From NCBI GenBank assembly GCA_965247115.1, contig CBDFGR010000002.1:1792001-1856000 (forward strand): 64,000 nucleotides of DNA, given 5' to 3'. Origin of the DNA: Myxococcota bacterium (GTDB lineage Bacteria > Myxococcota_A > UBA9160 > SZUA-336). The number at the start of each line of letters is the position of its first letter. Positions within the stretch are counted from its first letter, which is position 1. The translations under genes were made by a program, and so were the position numbers. This document shows, piece by piece, positions 56,869-64,000 of the stretch. The notes under the pieces are model-generated. The model was given only the letters and a program-made list of their open reading frames with translations. It ran no database searches and was not told the DNA's origin.

Positions 56869-59274
56869 CTAGAACAGCACCTTGTCGTTGCGGAGCTGGG
56901 CGATCTGCTCCGAGGAGTAGCCCAGGATCCTGGTCAGCACCTCTTCGGTGTCTGCTCCGAGAACGGGGGCTGCGGAGCGCACGCCATTCGGGCGCCTGCG
57001 AAGCCGCCATGGGATTCCCGTGTGCGTTTGCGTGCCCACCTCGGGATGCGGGAGCCGCTCCAGAAACCCGCGCTCGTTCAAGTGCGCATCCTCGGCGACG
57101 TCTTTCGGGGTGAAGCTCGGGAACGCTGCGACGCCCACTGCCTGCAGCGCGCGCGTCACCTCCCAGCGGTCTCGCTCCAGGGTCCAGGCCCCGATGCGCT
57201 TCTCGAGCTCGTCCTCGTTGGCCTTGCGCTCGGCGTGGTTCCGGAAGCGGGGGTCGTCTGCCAGCGTCGGATCCACGACCCCGCACAGGGCGCGCCATTC
57301 GTCGTCGTCGGCACACGCGATGGAGACCCAGTCGTCCTCGCCCCTGCACTTGAAGCAGCCATGCGGAGACATCCAGCGGTCGCGGTTGCCCGCGCGCTCG
57401 GGCTGGCTGGCGTTCATGGCGTACTCCATCCACGCTTCGGGTGTGAGCGCGGCCGTCGCCTCCCAGAGCGAGATGTCGAGGCGCTCGCCTTCGCCCGTCA
57501 TCTCGCGCTTCTGAAGCGCGGCGCAGACGGCGAAAGCCGATGTGATACCGGCGGTCGGGTCGGGCATCGAGATCCCGATCTCGCTCGGACCGCCGCCGAC
57601 GAACCCGGTGGTCGCGGCGAGCCCGGTCAGCGGGGGGATCGCTGGCCCGTAGCCCATGTAGCCCCGGTACGGACCGGTCTGACCATAGCCGGTGATGCTC
57701 GCAAGGATGATCCTTGAATTGACATCCCGCAGCACCTCGTAGCCGATGCCCAGGCGATCCATGACACCCGTCGCAAAGTTCTCGACGACGACGTCGCTCC
57801 TGGCCACGACGTCTTTCAGCAGCTCGACTGCGCTCGGCTCGCTCAAGTTGAGCGCCACGCTCTTCTTGCCCTGGTTCCACTGGTTGAACATGCCGGAGCG
57901 GTTCAGCCCGTCCTCCGTCCCTGGGCGGAGGATCGGTATTCGTCGGTAGAGATCGGGTCGCCCTTCGGACTCGAAGCGGATCACCTCGGCGCCCAGATGC
58001 GCCAGGTTCATGGCGCAGAACGGGCCCGCCCACGCCCAGCTCAGGTCCACGACCCGGATCCCGTCGAGCGGAAGTCGAACGTCACCGAACTCATGGTGTC
58101 GCTCGCGCGGCTGCGAGCGACCCCCCAGCAGCTCGTCGTTGTGCTCTCCGCGAAGCGGCGCAGCCCGCCGTATCGGTGGTCCGCCCTCTCGGGTCCGGAT
58201 CGGAGAGCCGAGGTACCGGAGGCGCCCGGCGCGCGGATGCTCCGCCTCAAGAAGGAACTCCCGCGCCCGAAGATGCTCAGACTCGGATATCTGCGCGAGG
58301 CTCATCACGGGCGCGAAGCAGATCCGGTGCTTCTGTCCCTGGTGGTACAGCTCATCGACAGTACGCTCTCCGACCCATTCCTGCACGAAGCCGTGGACCA
58401 GATCCTGATTCTCTGCACGTCCGGGTATGTCCGCGAACACGTCGAGCTTGCTCTACTCGGGGCGTCCCATGAGCTCGACCAGCCGCTCCCACTGGTCCTG
58501 TTCGACGCAGACGAGGAAGATGGGCCCATCGGAGGCCTCGAAGATGGACCATGGAACCAGCATGCGTGGGGCGTAGCGGGTGGCCACGATCTCCGCGTAG
58601 GTGTAGTGCGGCACTCCGTTCTCGAGCACAGAGGCGACGTACTCCTGGATCGACAAGTCAATGTGCTCGCCGATGCCCGTTCGTACCGCGTCGAAGTACG
58701 CTGCCATCGCCGCCGTCGCCCCAGCGACCGCCGCACCGAAGTTGCACTGCTGTCCGAATACCCTGAGCGGTGGCAGATCCGTGCGTCCCGTCGCGGCCGG
58801 ACACAGGTTCGCCCAGCCCCCCGCGTTCGAGAGCGTCAGCTCCTCGGCCCGAAAGTCGCGATAGGGTCCTGTGATCCCGAACGGCGTAAGCGAGAGGACC
58901 ACCAGGTCTTGACGACGTGCCTCGAGAGCGGCGGGTGCAAGGCCGAGCTCTTCGGCGCGGGCGCGAGGGTAGTTGTGGATCAGGATGTCGGCCCAGTCGA
59001 TCAGCCGCGCGAGCTGCGTGCGACCGCCCGGATCATCCAGGTCCAGGTCCACGCCGCGCTTGTTCTTGTTCAGTGCGAGGAAGAGACCGCTCTGCTCGGG
59101 ATCGAGCTCGTCGCCGGGGAACGGCCCTCGGTGCCGCGTCTGATCCCCGAGCGCATCCTCGACCTTGACGACGTCCGCCCCCTGATCCGCGAGCAGCCCC
59201 GCGGCGTGCGCTGCCGACACGCCGGACCCGAGCTCCAGAACACGTACCTCGCCCATCGAGCTCGCAGCTCCCAT
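56869..59274 (-). pseudogene. Double-domain family III CoA-transferase interrupted by in-frame TAG at 58453-58455
   Basis: Both ORFs are in the same frame: MGRPE*SKLDVFADIP; two CaiB-like domains. Confidence 0.85.
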
Positions 59275-59327
59275 CGTCCGCACATGATACGCCACAACGG
59301 GTTATGCTGGCCGCAAGGAGGCGCTCC

Positions 59328-60326
59328 GTGACCCGCGTTCGCACGACCACCGTTGGCAGCTGGCCCATCCCCTTCGGTCAGCGACTGGAACTCAAGCGCT
59401 ACTACCAGGGTGAGCTCAGCGATGCTGAAGCGGACGACGTGCTGCGCGCGGCCGCCAGGATCGCGATGGATGAGCAGATCGCGTGTGGACTCGATCAGAT
59501 CATGGGAGGCGAGGTCTTCGCGCCCGACTTCGTGCACCAGGTCCCGCCCCGACTCGCGGGCCTGAAGACGATTCACCGGCGTGACCCGGGTAAGGGTCAG
59601 GAGGGAATCGGTCGGTACGAGATCAGCGGAGATGTATCTGCGCCGAAGGGCACCGGGCACGCGCTCGGGTTCCGGCGCGAGCGCTCGATGGAGCCCCGCC
59701 TCGACAAGGCAGCCATTCCCTCACCACTGACCATGACACTCTCCTTCGATGACGACGTCCGGCTCGCGGACCAGATGGAGAACATCGCACGCATGGTCGA
59801 GGTCGAGGTTCTCGACATGGTGGCCGCCGGCGCCCGCGAGGTACAGCTCGACGCGCCATCCGAGGCCCTCGCAATGGCGCACCAGACCGCGCCGGTTCCC
59901 GAAATCGTGCGCTGGCTTACCTTCCCGTTCCGCTCCCGACCCGAGGTCCGCCGCTCGGTCCACTTCTGTCTCGGTGACATCTCCCGAAAGCCCACGACGC
60001 AGGTGCAGAACCTCCACTCCCTCATCCCGTTGCTCCAGGCGCTGGAGGGCGAGATCGACCGCGCGCACCTGGAGTGCTCGTACGCCGGACAGTGGGAGGA
60101 CCACGGACTGCTGTCTGAGGTGCCCGAGTCGATCGAGATCATCGCGGGCATCGCGGACGTGAAGTCGTCCCCCCAGCCCGTCGGTGAGCTTCGCGCGAAG
60201 ATCGACGCGCTCCTACAGGCCCTGCCGGAGAGCCGCCTGCTCGTCTCGTCCTCGTGCGGCTGCGGCCGAGTCCCACACGACGAGGCGATCCGCCTGATGC
60301 GAAACCTGGCGAAGGCGGCAGGCTAG
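59328..60326 (+). CDS. Cobalamin-independent methionine synthase-like (single-domain MetE/MesA-type) Zn enzyme
   Basis: TTTVGSWP, HFC, LEC, SSCG zinc ligands; SD AGGAGG. Confidence 0.75.
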   Translation: MTRVRTTTVGSWPIPFGQRLELKRYYQGELSDAEADDVLRAAARIAMDEQIACGLDQIMGGEVFAPDFVHQVPPRLAGLKTIHRRDPGKGQEGIGRYEISGDVSAPKGTGHALGFRRERSMEPRLDKAAIPSPLTMTLSFDDDVRLADQMENIARMVEVEVLDMVAAGAREVQLDAPSEALAMAHQTAPVPEIVRWLTFPFRSRPEVRRSVHFCLGDISRKPTTQVQNLHSLIPLLQALEGEIDRAHLECSYAGQWEDHGLLSEVPESIEIIAGIADVKSSPQPVGELRAKIDALLQALPESRLLVSSSCGCGRVPHDEAIRLMRNLAKAAG

Positions 60327-61522
60327 CGCAGCACTCCATCTTCCTTCAGTGCGCGGATCTCCTCTGGTTTGAGGTTGAGATCATCCGAAAGCACCTCGTC
60401 CGTGTGCTCGCCCAGCAGTGGGGCGCGGGCGATCGGGACGTCGCTCTCCGAGAGCCTTGGCGCGAAGCCGAGCAGCTTGACCTCGCCGTGCATGGGGTGG
60501 TCGATCGTCTTGACGAAGCCGCGCTCGACCAGGTGCGGATCGCTGTGAAGCTCCTGTGTGTCGAGGGTTGCGGAGCATGGCACGCCCGCCTTGCCGATGA
60601 TCTGCATGACCTCGTGCTTGGTGCGCTCCCGCGTCCACTTCTCGAACTCGGCGTAGAGCTCCCCGCCGTTGGCAAGGCGCTTCTCGACGGTCTCGTAGCG
60701 CGGATCGACGATCAGGTCGGGTCGGTCGATCGCCGAACAGAGCTCGTCCCAGTGACCCTCGGTCACCGGCATGAGGTACACCCAGTCGTTCGGTCCGAAT
60801 GGCCGGCAGGGGTAGAGGTCCATCGGTGGCATGCCCTGTGCGTTGCCGGAGCGAGGGGTGGCCTGTTCTCCCCAGTTTGAGCCTATCGCTACGCGAGTAC
60901 GCATGAAGTAGGTCATGGCCTCCTGCATCGAGATCTCGATCTGCTGCCCCACGCCGGTGCGTAGCCGCTGAACGTAGGCCGCAAGGATGGCCATCGCGAG
61001 CTGCACGCCGGTACCCGCGTCCCCCGTCGTCGGACCAGGGATCAACGGTGGGCCGAGGGCTTCCCCGGTAACGGAGAAGGCGCCGGCCGCCGCCTGCGCG
61101 ATCATGTCGTAGCTCTTGAACGTGGAGTAGGGCCCGTAGGTCCCGAAGCCCTTGAGGCGCGCGTAGATCAGCGCGGGATGTATGGCGCGGAGCGTCTCGT
61201 ACTCGATGTCGAGCCGCTCGACGACTCCTGGGCCGTAGTTCTCGACGAACACGTCGAAGCCCGGCAGCAGGCGCAAGAACAGGTCCCGACCCTCCGGCTT
61301 CTGCAAGTTCAGCGCGACGCTTCGCTTGTTCGCGTTCCAGTTGCAGAAGTACGCGGAGTACTCCTTGTTCGGACTCAGGCCGACTCCGCGGCCGGGGTCG
61401 CCGTGCGTCGGTGGCTCGATCTTCACCACGTCCGCGCCGAGCCACGCCAGCGCCTGTGTGCTCGACGTCCCGGCCTCGTACTGGGTCATGTCGAGGATTC
61501 TCATCCCATCCAGAGCGGGCAT
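60323..61522 (-). CDS. Family III CoA-transferase (formyl-CoA transferase-like)
   Basis: ILDMTQYEAG, NANKRS, VENYGPG, TGDAGTG. Confidence 0.9.
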   Translation of the reverse strand: MPALDGMRILDMTQYEAGTSSTQALAWLGADVVKIEPPTHGDPGRGVGLSPNKEYSAYFCNWNANKRSVALNLQKPEGRDLFLRLLPGFDVFVENYGPGVVERLDIEYETLRAIHPALIYARLKGFGTYGPYSTFKSYDMIAQAAAGAFSVTGEALGPPLIPGPTTGDAGTGVQLAMAILAAYVQRLRTGVGQQIEISMQEAMTYFMRTRVAIGSNWGEQATPRSGNAQGMPPMDLYPCRPFGPNDWVYLMPVTEGHWDELCSAIDRPDLIVDPRYETVEKRLANGGELYAEFEKWTRERTKHEVMQIIGKAGVPCSATLDTQELHSDPHLVERGFVKTIDHPMHGEVKLLGFAPRLSESDVPIARAPLLGEHTDEVLSDDLNLKPEEIRALKEDGVLR

Positions 61523-61550
61523 TCGGTCCTCCTCTTTGCTGCCTGGGAGC

Positions 61551-62351
61551 TCAGCGGCCCTTGAAGGTGGCCTTCTCCTTCTCTAGGAACGCTTTGCTGG
61601 CCTTTGCAAAGTCATCGCTGCGGCGGGTGCGCATCATTGCCTCGGCCTCCAGGTCGAGGACGTCGCGCAGATGGCCGCCAGCTTCAGCGAGGTTGATGTT
61701 CCGCTTCATGTAGCGATACGAGAGCGGCGGGCCCTCAGCCAGGCGCTGGGCGAACGAATCGACTTCCTTTCGGAAGGTGTCGCGTGCCACGACTCGGTTC
61801 ACCAGCCCCATCGCGTGCGCGTCTTCGGCCGAGATCTTCTCGGCGAGCAGCATGAGCTCGCGCGCCTTGGCGCTTCCCACCATATTCGTCAGGAAGTAGG
61901 AGCTGCCGAAGTCGCCGGTGAAACCGATTCCGGAGAAGGCCGTGCGCAGGACCGCGCCCTCCGCGGCAATCCGGAAGTCGGAGGCGAACGCCATCGAGAG
62001 CGATGCGCCCGCGGCCGCGCCGTTGATCGCGGCCAGGGTGGGCTTGGGCATGGTGTGAAGCAGCACCGAGGCCTCCTGCCGCTGCTGCAGCCCGTCGATG
62101 GACTGCTCGAGCGTTGCTTCCTCGACGTCGCCGCCTACGCCCCTGCCGCGGAGATCGGCGCCGGCGGAGAACGCCCGGTCGCCGGCTCCCGTGAGGACCA
62201 CGCACCGCACGTCGGGATCTGCCGAGGCCTCCCGCAGGTACTGGGGGAGCAGCTCCATCATCTGACCGGTGAGCGAGTTCATCTGCTCCGGCCGATTCAT
62301 CGTGATTGTGCCGATCGAGTCCTTGACCTGGTAGAGCGCGTGATCCGCCAT
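61551..62351 (-). CDS. Enoyl-CoA hydratase/isomerase
   Basis: NRPEQMNSL, FSAGADL, PKPTLAAING. Confidence 0.9.
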   Translation of the reverse strand: MADHALYQVKDSIGTITMNRPEQMNSLTGQMMELLPQYLREASADPDVRCVVLTGAGDRAFSAGADLRGRGVGGDVEEATLEQSIDGLQQRQEASVLLHTMPKPTLAAINGAAAGASLSMAFASDFRIAAEGAVLRTAFSGIGFTGDFGSSYFLTNMVGSAKARELMLLAEKISAEDAHAMGLVNRVVARDTFRKEVDSFAQRLAEGPPLSYRYMKRNINLAEAGGHLRDVLDLEAEAMMRTRRSDDFAKASKAFLEKEKATFKGR

Positions 62352-62459
62352 GCGGTCCCTCTGTAGTGGGGGTTCATCTTAGCAGGGGGGCTGGTCGTGT
62401 CTGCTCGTCACGAGCCTTCCCCCGGAGGATCTGCCATGCCGATCGTCGAGAATGGAAGC

Positions 62460-63376
62460 TCAGACAAATCCGGGCGCTACATCTCGCATGAAGCGCTCGA
62501 CGGCCTCCAGGCGTCCGGCCACGCCGCCGCGCGCCGTGGGGTCCATGAGTAGGTGCCGGACTCCGAGCTCGCGTAGCGTGCCAACGGTGTCGGTCATCTG
62601 CTGTGGGCTGCCGGCCACTGCGAGGGCAGGGTCCATGACCCCCGCCGGGTCCAGGTAGACGCGCAGGGAGAGCGTGAGCTCGGTGCGATCGCGGCCCTCC
62701 TGCTCGCAGAGCTCGCCGATGCGACCCCACGCGTCGGCAACCTCCTGGCGTGGCTGGAACGCCGCGTGGAAGCCGTCGCCGAAGCGAACGGCGCGCCGGA
62801 ACGCGGGCTCAGTGGCCCCTCCGACCCAGAGCGGTAGCGGCTGCTGCAGGGGCTTTGGCTCGAAGCGCAGCTCGGGAAAGCGCACGTAGCGGCCCGCGTA
62901 GCCGGGGGTCTTCGAGCCGAACAGCTCCCGAAACGCTGCCAGGTACTCATCCGCGCGCGCCCCGCGGTGATCGAAGGGCATCTGGAGCAGGTCGAACTCT
63001 TCCTGCATCCAGCCGACTCCCACGCCCAGGATCAGGCGACCTCCCGAAACGACGTCGAGCGTGGCGATCTGCTTGGCCGTCTGGACCGCGGGCCGATAGC
63101 CCAGGATCAGCACCGAGGTGCCCAGGCGCAGCTGCTCGGTGCAGCCAGCCACGAAGAGCAGGGTGCCGATCGGGTCGAGCCACGGCATGTCGGGGGTGGC
63201 GCGAAGGACCCGTCCGGGCTGTACGGATAGCGGCTGCGGATCTCCGACGGCCACGCGATGTGATCGCTCACCCACGCCGCGTCGACGCCCGCGCGCTCCG
63301 CGGCGACGGCGAAGTCGATCAGGACCTCTCGCGAGACTTCACGGCCGAGCTGAGGCAGGTGGACTCCCCACTCCAT
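62460..63376 (-). pseudogene. LLM-class F420-dependent oxidoreductase (Rv2161c-like), frameshift in G5 run at 63192-63196
   Basis: WVSDH..YPYSPDGSFAPP in one frame, DMPWLDP..LGVGVGWMQEEF in the next; could be a sequencing error. Confidence 0.8.
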
Positions 63377-63505
63377 GCCTAGCTCTCCCTCACTGGTCCT
63401 GGGTTCCGTTCGCGTGATCGCGCTGCCGCCCCATTATGCCTGGGACCGCCGTCGATTGACCGCGGGTAGCCGTTCCGCTGAGACTAGCGGCTCTGGAGGA
63501 CCCTC

Positions 63506-64000
63506 TTGAGCGACACGTACGGCGTCCTTTCGGTTACGGACTCCATGGATTCCGTCGAGCTGGTAAAGGCAGCGCTTCGGCTCGAGGCGCTCGGTTACGC
63601 TGCGCTCTGGCTTCCGGAGCTCATGGGCCGCGAGCCGTTCAGTACGGCGAGCTTCTTGCTGGCGCGAACGGAGCGCCTGCGCATAGCGACGGGCATCGCG
63701 AACGTGTACTCGCGCGACGCGACCTCCACCGCGCAGGCCTCACGCACGCTGGCCGAGCTCTCTCACGGACGCTTCGTGCTTGGGCTCGGGGTGTCGCACC
63801 CGTCGATGGTCGAGCCGCGCGGGCACGAGTGGATCGCGCCCGTGACGAAGATGCGCGCGTACCTCGAGGCCGTGTCCGCTGCGAAGATCCGATCCCCCGA
63901 GCCGAGCCAGCCCGCGCCGGTGTACATCGCTGCCCACGGGCCGGGACTCCTGCGCGTTGCGGCGGAGCTCGCGGATGGAGCCAATACGTACCTGATGCCG
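63506..64000 (+). CDS. LLM-class F420-dependent oxidoreductase (TIGR03620-like), runs off window
   Basis: Translated by hand from TTG 63506: LGYAALWLPE..GREPF..IATGIANVYSRD..GRFVLGLGVSH; SD GGAGG. Confidence 0.85.
   Translation, partial: MSDTYGVLSVTDSMDSVELVKAALRLEALGYAALWLPELMGREPFSTASFLLARTERLRIATGIANVYSRDATSTAQASRTLAELSHGRFVLGLGVSHPSMVEPRGHEWIAPVTKMRAYLEAVSAAKIRSPEPSQPAPVYIAAHGPGLLRVAAELADGANTYLMP

Noticed and set aside
11200..58455. Amber recoding or pyrrolysine suggested by two in-frame TAGs
   Set aside because: TAG is the normal stop of many intact genes here (e.g. 3376, 4232, 7328, 10204), no pyl genes are visible, and point mutations explain both cases
1..64000. Numerous long Arg/Ala/Pro-rich alternative ORFs; RNA genes
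   Set aside because: Shadow ORFs are expected in high-GC DNA and overlap better-supported genes; no tRNA, rRNA or riboswitch was recognisable by eye (an Infernal/tRNAscan run would be needed to exclude them)

Overview
GC-rich chromosomal DNA from a diderm bacterium (TonB-dependent receptor, PQQ quinohemoprotein, Tat/Sec-exported proteins) that is unusually rich in F420-type oxidoreductases, family III CoA-transferases and lipid/aromatic catabolic enzymes. The left end is a storage-lipid cluster (WS/DGAT, phaE-like, class III phaC, two paralogous GNATs, HAD, GYD-PlsC fusion). The main structural discovery is that the GYD-PlsC gene is split: its first ~13 codons lie at 22675-22712 and the rest at 4249-5221, separated by ~17.45 kb. 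The insert starts exactly at the terminal inverted repeat of a 2.9 kb IS1-family passenger element (transposase, HigA-like HTH/M78 peptidase, unknown partner, small basic protein). The remaining ~14.5 kb begins and ends with two pieces that look like one beta-keto acid cleavage (BKACE/Kce) gene, so it appears circularly permuted. The window has many deletion scars and gene remnants, two in-frame amber stops, a ZIP transporter with an inserted cNMP-binding domain, an uncharacterised ExbB/MotA-like three-gene module beside a quinohemoprotein alcohol dehydrogenase, a PhyH-Nudix-like fusion and a recurring leaderless-promoter pattern. I saw no rRNA, tRNA or CRISPR. All family calls come from motif recognition by eye, not database searches.
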